DNA of 64,000 bases from Chloroflexota bacterium (GTDB lineage: Bacteria > Chloroflexota > Anaerolineae > Anaerolineales > Villigracilaceae): the NCBI GenBank assembly GCA_013388795.1, contig JACAEP010000072.1, forward strand, positions 1,556-65,555. The letters run 5' to 3'. A program made the position numbers and the translations under genes. Below the pieces are notes generated by a model. That model was not told the DNA's origin. It searched no databases and was given only the letters and a program-made list of their open reading frames with translations. Position 1 is the first letter of the stretch; each line of letters begins with the position of its first letter. This document shows positions 9,631 to 17,857 of the stretch, one piece after another.

Positions 9631-9652
9631 ACTCGGCGCTTTCCACTTCTTG
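9615..9652. repeat. Direct repeat copy 2
   Basis: Matches 8773-8810; contains the stop codon of gene 9625..9957. Confidence 0.9.
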
Positions 9653-9957
9653 ATCACATCCACAAAGGGCGGAGCGATCTTCTTCCCATTAAACGGATAC
9701 CAACCTAACTCTCCGCGCACGGCTTGTTCCTTCAATTCGGTTGAACCCCAGATCATTGACGCTCCCGCCGCGCCGAGCAAAGCAGAAACCCAGTCATTCG
9801 AAACGAACAACGCGCCAATGATGAGGGTAATGCCGAGTCCCATTACATAAGGCCACCACAAGTAACCAAAATAACGTTCCCCGCGAATCACCCACACAAA
9901 GCCCAACCCGATCACGAACAAGATCACAAGGCAGATAAATATCCCAAAGAAATTCAT
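9625..9957 (-). CDS. DUF4491-like small membrane protein
   Basis: About 3 TM segments; VIRGERYFGYLWWP, WGSTELKEQAVRGELGWYP. Confidence 0.65.
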   Translation of the reverse strand: MNFFGIFICLVILFVIGLGFVWVIRGERYFGYLWWPYVMGLGITLIIGALFVSNDWVSALLGAAGASMIWGSTELKEQAVRGELGWYPFNGKKIAPPFVDVIKKWKAPSL

Positions 9958-10373
9958 TTTGCACCTTCTTTCATCGCAGCAATCTCGTCAACAGTGTATT
10001 GCCTGCCTATTGGGTCACGGTCGAGCAAGTCCACGGTGGTGGCTGCAGGGTATTCCGCCAATATCTTGGCATGGCGCGGATTATTCGGGTTGGCGGGCGC
10101 TTCCCCTTTTTTGACTCGTTTCGGCTGGCGGACAGAAATTTCGAGCGCATCCCAGAGCAAGGTCACACCGAGGATTCCAGCTGCGGCAGAGAGAGGCATG
10201 TTCGAGGTCAGGGTGGAGGCAACCCACATACCGAGTCCGAGAACGAGGGCGATTACCGTCGGCTTCCAAAGATGTACCACCTCACGTTCGATCTTGCGCA
10301 CAGAGACATGCCCCCACCATATCCCCAAAAAGGTTGCCAATGCGGCAGCGAATCCAACCAGATTGATTTCCAT
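9954..10373 (-). CDS. DUF4491-like small membrane protein (paralogue)
   Basis: AGGAG RBS before ATG 10373; GHVSVRKIE, LLWDALE, QPKRVKKGEAPANP. Confidence 0.65.
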   Translation of the reverse strand: MEINLVGFAAALATFLGIWWGHVSVRKIEREVVHLWKPTVIALVLGLGMWVASTLTSNMPLSAAAGILGVTLLWDALEISVRQPKRVKKGEAPANPNNPRHAKILAEYPAATTVDLLDRDPIGRQYTVDEIAAMKEGAK

Positions 10374-10573
10374 TGCAACTCCTAAAAAGATTTGATGAGA
10401 AGGTTGACATAGTACGTCCAATTTGTACAGTAACTTAAATCATATTCCCGGATGTAATTCGGATAAATTTACTCTAACTGAACTTTTATTTAATTCTATG
10501 CAATTCTCCATGTGTGCATCGTGAGAACAACATAGAATTCACATCGGCGAGGAGAGCATCACAGGAGACGTGT

Positions 10574-11959
10574 ATGCACATCATCGTTATCGGCGGGGGA
10601 ATTACAGGGCTAAGCGCCGCATGGGAATTACAACAACGCGGCATCGGCTATTCCCTGCTCGAAGCATCTGACCGTTGGGGCGGCAAGGTCATTTCACAAC
10701 AAATCGAATTTGATAACGCCTCATTCCTCGTCGAAGGCGGACCCGACACTCTTATCACCCGCAAACCTGAAGCATGGGATCTTGCCAAAGAACTTGGGAT
10801 GCTCGACCAGGTCGTGAATCCCGGATCGGAGATGAGCGGGACGTACGTGCTGGATAACGCCTCTCTCCACCCGCTGCCTGTTTCACCCACCCGATTTTTT
10901 TCCACGCCGCTGCTGACTCTGCGCGGCAAATTGCGCATGTTGGCCGAGCTATTCCAGCCCGCCCGGCGCGACGATGGCGATGAGTCGCTTGCAGATTTCG
11001 TCCGCCGAAGATTGGGGCAGGAAGCGTTAGATAAATTTATTGGTCCAGTCTTGGGCGGAATCTACAACACGGACCCTGAAAAGCAAAGCATCATGGTCTC
11101 TTCGCCTGTAATGCGCGAAATGGAAAAGGACGGGGGTGGTCTATTCCTCGGTGCGTTGAAGCGTGCTTTCACAGGTAACAAGAAAAAGAATACAGAAAAG
11201 AAACCGCGTTTCGTCTCGTTCAAGAACGGTCTGCAAGCCCTGACCGATGAATTGGCGCGTCAACTCACTGGAGATCTGCGGTTGAACGCGCGAGTCACTT
11301 CGGTGATGAAAAAGGATGGCAAGTATCACGTCACATTGGCAAATGGAGAACGTCTGCTCGCGGATGGAGTGATCCTTGCGACACTGGCGCAACAGGCGTC
11401 GGCGTTGGTCAAGGATATGTCCGCTGAGGCAAGCCAGAGGTTAGGCGCGATGCGTCAGCAAAACATCGGCACATTGTCGCTGGTGTATCGCGAGTCGGAT
11501 ATTCCTGAAAAACCAATCGTAAATGGGTTGATGATCCCTCGCCGCGAAAAGCGGATGATCGATGCGGTCACGTTCACGTCACGCAAGATGCCGGAGCGAT
11601 CCTCGCCGGGGTATGCGGTGGTGCGGGTCTTTATCGGCGGCGGCTCGCCGGAGATGGTGGAATTCAGCGATGAAAAGTTGATCGCAGCTGTGAAGCGCGA
11701 ACTCGGTGAACTGCTCGGCATCACTGCCGACCCGCAAACATGGACGGCATTTCGTTGGGAGTGTGGTTTTCCGCAAGCCGAGGTGGGGCATTTGGAACGT
11801 GTGGATGAAATTGAAAAGTTTTTGCCCGCTGGTATTGCGCTGGCTGGTAGTTCGTATCGCGGCATCGCCGTGCCGGATTGCATTCGTCAGGGGCGCGAGG
11901 CGGCGGCGAAAATAGTTGCGTCATTGCGAGGCGGTTTGGTTCCGCCGAAGCAATCTTAA
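10574..11959 (+). CDS. hemG: Protoporphyrinogen/coproporphyrinogen oxidase (HemY-type)
   Basis: IGGGITGLSAAW, EGGPD, DESLADFVRRRLG, PQAEVGH, YRGIAVPDCIRQG; AGGAG before ATG 10574. Confidence 0.9.
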   Translation: MHIIVIGGGITGLSAAWELQQRGIGYSLLEASDRWGGKVISQQIEFDNASFLVEGGPDTLITRKPEAWDLAKELGMLDQVVNPGSEMSGTYVLDNASLHPLPVSPTRFFSTPLLTLRGKLRMLAELFQPARRDDGDESLADFVRRRLGQEALDKFIGPVLGGIYNTDPEKQSIMVSSPVMREMEKDGGGLFLGALKRAFTGNKKKNTEKKPRFVSFKNGLQALTDELARQLTGDLRLNARVTSVMKKDGKYHVTLANGERLLADGVILATLAQQASALVKDMSAEASQRLGAMRQQNIGTLSLVYRESDIPEKPIVNGLMIPRREKRMIDAVTFTSRKMPERSSPGYAVVRVFIGGGSPEMVEFSDEKLIAAVKRELGELLGITADPQTWTAFRWECGFPQAEVGHLERVDEIEKFLPAGIALAGSSYRGIAVPDCIRQGREAAAKIVASLRGGLVPPKQS

Positions 11960-12000
11960 TTTACCGGGGGATCGCTTTGGGCTTCCCCCCTCGCAATGAC
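11920..12000. repeat. GTCATTGCGAG...CTCGCAATGAC palindromic repeat, copy 1
   Basis: 11-bp terminal inverted repeat with internal GAAGCAATC; overlaps the hemG stop. Confidence 0.85.
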
Positions 12001-12020
12001 ACTTGAAACAAGGAGACAAA

Positions 12021-13343
12021 ATGAAAATCGTTCGAACCCTCAATAACTTTAGGCTGGCTTTTTTTTCAATCGCATACGGCTTGAGCGGCGCATTGATCGG
12101 CGGGACGTTGAACCGCATCATGATCGCTGAATTGGCATTGCCTGCCACGCTGGTTGGATTCTTCTTTGCCATTCCGCTGTTGATCTCGCCGGTGCGTGTG
12201 TGGTTGGGTTATCGCTCTGATGGTTATCCCATCTTCGGCAAACGCCGTGAGCCGTATATCATCTTCGGCGCGTTGGTGATCGGTTTGGGCATCGTCGCTT
12301 CGGCGAATCTGGCGGCGAAGTCCGCGCAGTTGGGTGGATTGTTGCTGCTGGCGGGCACCTTAGCTTTCATGCTCTACGGGCTGGGACGCAACCTTGCACA
12401 CAACACCTATCAGGCATTGGTCTCTGACCGTTACGAAGGAACCAATCGCACGCGTGCCATCACCATGTATGAAGTGGCAACCCTGCTCGGCTCGGTGATG
12501 GGCGCTGGTTTCATCGGCAAAGCGTTGGAAGTGTACGAACCCGCCCGCCTTATCAGCGTGGCAACGGGTGTGGCAGCGGTTATCTTTGTGCTTGCTTCAT
12601 TGGCTGCCATCGGGCAGGAACCGAAAAATTATGTCGTGCAGGCAGCATCTGAACAGGCACGCAAAATGCCTTTCAACCGTGTGCTCAAGGAAGTTGTCTT
12701 CGCCGACCCGCAAGTGCGGACTCTGTTCACGCTGGTCATTTTCACCTTCGTCGGCACGCTCGCACAAGATGCATTGCTTGAACCTTATGGTGCCTTGGTA
12801 CTTGGAATGAGCGTGGGCGACACCACCCGCCTGACGATGTACTGGGGTTTGGGCGTGCTCGCCTCAATGCTTGCCTCGGGCTTGTTCCTGATCAAGTGGC
12901 TGGGATTCATGAAGTTGATGCGTACCGGCATCGTCGCCAGTATTCTGGTCTTCGTCGGGCTGATCGTCACCGGCATGATGGGCAACGTTGGCATCTTCAA
13001 AAGTCTGGTCTTCGTGATGGGACTCGGCGCAGGTTTGGCAGGCGCAGGCATGTTGAGCGGAATCATTTCGTTCACGACGCCAATCCGCGCTGGAATGTTG
13101 ATGGGTGTATGGGGAGTTGCGAACATGGCGGGTCACGCCTTCGGTAATCTGCTTGGCGGCGCGATCGTGGACAGCGTCCGCATTGCGACGGGAAGCGCCT
13201 TTGCCGCGTACTCCTCCCTGTTCGGCATGGAAGCAGTCATGCTCGGCATTGCATTGTATCTTTCCACACAACTCAACCCGAACGCCTCCCGCGCTCACAA
13301 CGAAGAGACTGAAGTCCTCGCGGCAGCCGCTGCTGCGGATTAG
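12021..13343 (+). CDS. PucC/BCD-family MFS transporter
   Basis: GTLNRIMIAEL, RVWLGYRSD, KRREPYI, QDALLEPYG, AGMLMGVWG are PucC-family motifs; about 12 TM. Confidence 0.85.
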   Translation: MKIVRTLNNFRLAFFSIAYGLSGALIGGTLNRIMIAELALPATLVGFFFAIPLLISPVRVWLGYRSDGYPIFGKRREPYIIFGALVIGLGIVASANLAAKSAQLGGLLLLAGTLAFMLYGLGRNLAHNTYQALVSDRYEGTNRTRAITMYEVATLLGSVMGAGFIGKALEVYEPARLISVATGVAAVIFVLASLAAIGQEPKNYVVQAASEQARKMPFNRVLKEVVFADPQVRTLFTLVIFTFVGTLAQDALLEPYGALVLGMSVGDTTRLTMYWGLGVLASMLASGLFLIKWLGFMKLMRTGIVASILVFVGLIVTGMMGNVGIFKSLVFVMGLGAGLAGAGMLSGIISFTTPIRAGMLMGVWGVANMAGHAFGNLLGGAIVDSVRIATGSAFAAYSSLFGMEAVMLGIALYLSTQLNPNASRAHNEETEVLAAAAAAD

Positions 13344-13361
13344 CATATAGATAAAAACATG

Positions 13362-13476
13362 ACTCGCCCCGAAATTAAGGTTTCCGTGGGCGAGTTTGTT
13401 CTTAAGAGTAAACGGGACGCTGATAAACGCTGAGAACGCAGATTTTTAAATCCTTTTCCGCGCTCGCCCGCGTCCC
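13362..13476. terminator. Terminator-like hairpin plus degenerate palindromic repeat between convergent genes
   Basis: ACTCGCCC/GGGCGAGT (13362-13395) followed by TTGTT; GGGACGC/GCGTCCC (13414-13476) enclosing tandem ACGCTGA units. Confidence 0.5.
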
Positions 13477-13491
13477 AAATTAAATTCGGGG

Positions 13492-14181
13492 TTAAGTCGG
13501 TATTGTAAAAAAGAACGAACTCCCCTGCCCTGCTTTGCTCTCGAACCAGGTTTCACCGTCATGTAATTCGATGATGTGCTCGACGATCTTCAATCCAAGC
13601 CCAAAGCCGAGGCGTGGATCTTTTTTATCTTCCAAAATAGTTTCGAACGGTTCAAAGACCTTTTCTTGATCTTCTTCGGCGATACCAATCCCTGTGTCAT
13701 GCGCCTCGAAAAGAATTCTGTCCGCTTCCTTCTCCACGCGGATAGTGACCGTTCCCTTATCTGTAAATTTAACAGCATTGTGAATGTAGCGCATCAACGC
13801 CTGCGAGAGGCGGGTTGGGTCACCTTCGATGGTCGGCAGATTTTCGGAAATGTCCTCTTCGATCTCAATATCGCCTTTGTGTTCGGCGAGTTGATCTGCC
13901 ATCATCAACACGCCTTCCATCATGGCATGGACATCCACTTCCTGCAAGTCCAATTCCATGCGCCCGGTAATCGTCTCTGCATAATCTTGAAAATCACTGA
14001 CCTGCACGATCAACGGCATCAATGCCGCATTGAGATGCGCCAGCGGAGAATCGGGAATCTGCACGATGTCTTCCAATTCTTCAAGTCGAGCCAGTTCATT
14101 GACCTTGGCATTCACATCTGCAAGCCCCTTGCCCAAATAGGAAGACATTTTGTAAATGAATTCGTTTTGGTTGTCCGTCAT
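13492..14181 (-). CDS. Histidine-kinase-like ATPase with degenerate H-box (pseudokinase)
   Basis: N box HNAVKFT, G1 DTGIGI, F box VFEPF, G2 GFGLGL; H-box region reads EFIYKMSSYLGKGL with no His. Confidence 0.8.
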   Translation of the reverse strand: MTDNQNEFIYKMSSYLGKGLADVNAKVNELARLEELEDIVQIPDSPLAHLNAALMPLIVQVSDFQDYAETITGRMELDLQEVDVHAMMEGVLMMADQLAEHKGDIEIEEDISENLPTIEGDPTRLSQALMRYIHNAVKFTDKGTVTIRVEKEADRILFEAHDTGIGIAEEDQEKVFEPFETILEDKKDPRLGFGLGLKIVEHIIELHDGETWFESKAGQGSSFFFTIPT

Positions 14182-14184
14182 AAT

Positions 14185-15978
14185 TTAATCCTGAAAGCCA
14201 GTCTTATACAACTCGTAATAACGTCCCTGTGCGGCGAGCAGGTCGGCATGTTTGCCTTGCTCAATGATTCTGCCGCCGTCGATCACCACAATTTTATCTG
14301 CATTCGTGATGGTGGATAATCGGTGCGCGATCACGAAGGATGTGCGCCCCTTCAAAAGAGCTGCCAGCGCAGACTGGATGATGTGTTCGGTCTGGGTATC
14401 CACAGAAGAGGTCGCTTCATCGAGGATGAGAATGCGCGGATTCGCCAGCAGCGCACGCGCAAACGAAATCAACTGTCGCTGACCCACGCTCAGGGTCAAG
14501 CCACCTTCCTCTACCGAGGTTTCGTACCCGTTCTTCAAATTCATAATAAAGTCATGCGCTCCCACGGCTTTGGCAGCGGCGATCACTTCGTCATCTTTCG
14601 CGTCTAAACGCCCGAACAGAATATTTTCCTTCACCGTGCCATTGAACAGGAACGGGTCTTGCAGCACCATGCCCATCTGCCTGCGCAGCGAGCCTTGAGT
14701 CACCGTCCGCAAGTCCACGCCGTCGATGTGTACCCCGCCCGAGGTCGGGTCGTGGAAGCGCGCCAGTAATTTGACGATGGTCGTCTTGCCAGCCCCAGTC
14801 TCCCCCACCAGCGCAACCGTCTCGCCCGGCTTTACATCCAACTGAATCGAATCGAGGACGAGAACGGGATCATCTGAATAATGAAAGGAGACATTGTCGA
14901 ATCGCACCGCGCCGGTAATGGGTTGCATTTCAGCGGCATTCGCTTCGTCCCGAACTTCGACTGGCGTGTTGAGCAATTCCAAAATGCGCTCGCCGCCCGC
15001 CATCGTGGATTGAAGTGTATCGAAGCGGCGGCTCAAGTCGCGGATGGGTTCAAAGAAGCGGTCAATGTATAAAACAAAAGCAATCAATACACCCGCTGTA
15101 ATCGACTCGCCCAACACCGCCGTCCCGCCAACATAAACGACCAAAGCAGTTGCGAGCGCGCCAAGCAAATCGATAACAGGGGTAAAAAGAGAAGCCACCC
15201 AAACCGCATCGAGGCTGGTTTCAAGATAATAACGATTGACGTATCCGCTGAAGGTGTTGTAGTTGTGCTGCTGACGCGAGAACGCCTGCACCACGCGCAC
15301 ACCGTTAATATTTTCCGCCAAGACGGAGTTGCCCCATGAAACCGCCGCGCGGACTTTACGATAATTCTGCCGCGCCGCTTTGCGAAAAGCAATCGTCACC
15401 CAAACCATGACCGGCAGGACGGCAAAGGTCAACATCGAGAGTTGGAAGTTCAACGCAATCATGGCGATCAGTGTGCCAATAATTCCCAGCAGGTTGCGGA
15501 CGATGGCAAGCACTGCCCAGGTGATGAACTCACGTAATGTGCCGACATCGTTGATCACGCGGGTGATGACGCGCCCGACGCTATAGCGATTATAAAAACT
15601 CAACGACAATTTTTGCAGATGAGCGAACATGGCTGTGCGCACATCATATAAAACATGCTGACCCACCCGCGCCATGATGCGCACGCGCCAGTAGTTGAAC
15701 CCCAGTTGAATGATGGAAACGATCAGATAGGCAAGCGCAATATTGCGAAGCGCGAGCGGGTCATTGGCAGCGATACCTTCGTCAATTGCGAGTTTGACGA
15801 AGTACGGTCCAGAGACTGCCGCGGCGGTGACGATCACTATCAACACCAACGCAAAGATCATATGCCCGGCATACGGCTTGAGAAACTGCATGAGTCCCTG
15901 CGCAACTTTGGGGTCGTAGCCCTTATCCAGCTGCTCTTCAGACCTGGTGATGAATTCGGGAGGTGTGATTTTGGTCAT
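14185..15978 (-). CDS. ABC exporter half-transporter (TMD+NBD), Glu-bearing subunit
   Basis: GETGAGKT, LSVGQRQ, LILDEATSSVD, IAHRLST; start uncertain (15978, 15993 or 16023). Confidence 0.9.
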   Translation of the reverse strand: MTKITPPEFITRSEEQLDKGYDPKVAQGLMQFLKPYAGHMIFALVLIVIVTAAAVSGPYFVKLAIDEGIAANDPLALRNIALAYLIVSIIQLGFNYWRVRIMARVGQHVLYDVRTAMFAHLQKLSLSFYNRYSVGRVITRVINDVGTLREFITWAVLAIVRNLLGIIGTLIAMIALNFQLSMLTFAVLPVMVWVTIAFRKAARQNYRKVRAAVSWGNSVLAENINGVRVVQAFSRQQHNYNTFSGYVNRYYLETSLDAVWVASLFTPVIDLLGALATALVVYVGGTAVLGESITAGVLIAFVLYIDRFFEPIRDLSRRFDTLQSTMAGGERILELLNTPVEVRDEANAAEMQPITGAVRFDNVSFHYSDDPVLVLDSIQLDVKPGETVALVGETGAGKTTIVKLLARFHDPTSGGVHIDGVDLRTVTQGSLRRQMGMVLQDPFLFNGTVKENILFGRLDAKDDEVIAAAKAVGAHDFIMNLKNGYETSVEEGGLTLSVGQRQLISFARALLANPRILILDEATSSVDTQTEHIIQSALAALLKGRTSFVIAHRLSTITNADKIVVIDGGRIIEQGKHADLLAAQGRYYELYKTGFQD

Positions 15979-15982
15979 GAGG

Positions 15983-17797
15983 TCATCCCGCATTGGAGCG
16001 CGGAGCGTAGAGCGTATTTTCATGAGTTGGCTTATTGCCCGTGATCGGTTGAATATCAGTCAATGCTTCTTCGCGCTGCATTAGTTGCAGGTCGTGAATT
16101 TCCTTATACAAGCCGCCCGCCTTGAGTAGTTCATCGTGCGTGCCGCTTTCCACAATATGCCCCTTATCCATCACAAGAATTAGATCGGCGCGGCGCACAG
16201 TGCTGAGGCGATGCGCGATCACAAAGGTGGTGCGTCCTTCCATCAGCTTGTCCAATGCGGCTTGAATCAGTTTCTCGGTTTGAGTATCCACACTTGAAAG
16301 CGAGTCATCCAAAATCAAAATGCGCGGATCCGTCAACAAAGCGCGCGCAATCGCCACACGTTGACGCTGCCCGCCGGAGAGCGTTACGCCGCGCTCGCCG
16401 ACAATCGTGTCGTAGCCTTTTGTAAAGCCTTCAATAAACTCGTGCGCCTGCGCGGCTTTTGCGGCGGCAATGATTTCCTCTTCGGCGGCATCGGGTCTGC
16501 CATAGGCAATGTTGGCGCGAATGGTATCGGAAAACAAAAGCGAGGTTTGCAGCACAATGCCGATCTGCCTGCGCAGCGAGGTCAACTCCACGTCGCGCAC
16601 ATCACGCCCATCCACCAGCACTGCGCCATCGCTCACATCGTAAAAGCGGGGAATCAAATTCACCAGCGAGGTCTTACCCGAGCCGGTCGGTCCAATCAGC
16701 GCCACGATCTTGTTTTGCCCCACCTTCACATTGATATCTGTCAGTGAGTGATTGTTCTCATTTTGATATTTCAGCGAGACATGACGGAACTCAACCTCGC
16801 CCTTCAAAGCGGATAACACCCGCGCCTCTTTTTTCGACTTTATGTCTGGTTCTGCATCCAAAACTTCAAACACACGTTGAGCGCCTGCCGCGGCTTCGCC
16901 GCCCGCGTTGACCAAGCCTGTCAAGGCCTGAGCGGGTTCCGCCATCATTAAAAGATAGGCATTGAACGCCGCCACTGCGCCGACAGTTAACTCGCCCGCA
17001 ATGACCATTTGCCCGCCAAAGTAGAGGATGAGAATCGTGCCAATAGTAATGAGCCAGTTGGTGGTTGGCATGATCTTTGCCCACTCATCGATCACATGCA
17101 GCCATTTGCGGAACACGTCCATGTTGGCAGACTCGAAACGCTTGGTTTCGTACTCTTCGCGGGCAAAGGCGCGGACGACCTGCACGCCGGTCACATTTTC
17201 TTGCAGGCGGTTGGATACCTCGCCCACTGCCTGATCCACGGCGAAGAATAGTTTGCCGATCTTGGTACCGAACCAGCCGGTCATCAAGATCAGTGGAATC
17301 ATGGGCAACAGAGAGATGACCGCCAACTCAAGATTGGCAGAAAGCATAACGCCTAAAATACCAAAGGTGAGCAAGGCAAAACGCGCCAATTCCGGAATGG
17401 ATGAGCCTGCAAATTTTTCGATGGCGCGCACATCTTCAATACAGCGCGAGATCAACTGACCCGATTGGGCATGGTCGTGGTATGTGAAAGGCAGGTATTG
17501 AATGTGGTCGTACATGCGATTACGAAGATCGTAGCTCACATGAGCGGCGATCCACTCGGAAGCATACCGGTTGCCCAAGCCCAGCAGCGCTGAGACAAGC
17601 CCAAGTCCAAATAAAAGAAGCGCAGAGCGGACGAGATAAGCCGTATCCCCGCGTAATAGTCCATCATCAACCACCGCCTGGATGATGCGCGGAACAACCA
17701 GGTTCAACCCGGTGAGGGCAAGCAACATCAGCAGGCTCGCAAACGCCTGCCACGCGTATGGACGCAAAAAGGCGGCGGAACGTATCAGATTTTTCAT
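15983..17797 (-). CDS. ABC exporter half-transporter (TMD+NBD), degenerate Walker B subunit
   Basis: GPTGSGKT, LSGGQRQR, LILDDSLSSVD; with its neighbour forms a TmrAB-like heterodimer. Confidence 0.9.
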   Translation of the reverse strand: MKNLIRSAAFLRPYAWQAFASLLMLLALTGLNLVVPRIIQAVVDDGLLRGDTAYLVRSALLLFGLGLVSALLGLGNRYASEWIAAHVSYDLRNRMYDHIQYLPFTYHDHAQSGQLISRCIEDVRAIEKFAGSSIPELARFALLTFGILGVMLSANLELAVISLLPMIPLILMTGWFGTKIGKLFFAVDQAVGEVSNRLQENVTGVQVVRAFAREEYETKRFESANMDVFRKWLHVIDEWAKIMPTTNWLITIGTILILYFGGQMVIAGELTVGAVAAFNAYLLMMAEPAQALTGLVNAGGEAAAGAQRVFEVLDAEPDIKSKKEARVLSALKGEVEFRHVSLKYQNENNHSLTDINVKVGQNKIVALIGPTGSGKTSLVNLIPRFYDVSDGAVLVDGRDVRDVELTSLRRQIGIVLQTSLLFSDTIRANIAYGRPDAAEEEIIAAAKAAQAHEFIEGFTKGYDTIVGERGVTLSGGQRQRVAIARALLTDPRILILDDSLSSVDTQTEKLIQAALDKLMEGRTTFVIAHRLSTVRRADLILVMDKGHIVESGTHDELLKAGGLYKEIHDLQLMQREEALTDIQPITGNKPTHENTLYAPRSNAG

Positions 17798-17857
17798 AGT
17801 CGGGGTTTTAAGGATACCACAAAGAAAAGCGGATATCCGGTGAAATGTCTGCCTTGA

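Noticed and set aside
12021-13343. PucC as proof of phototrophy
   Set aside because: No reaction-centre or bacteriochlorophyll genes in the window; kept only as a hypothesis.
14185-17797. Degenerate Walker B (DD) and LSVGQ signature as inactivation
   Set aside because: Normal asymmetry of heterodimeric ABC exporters.
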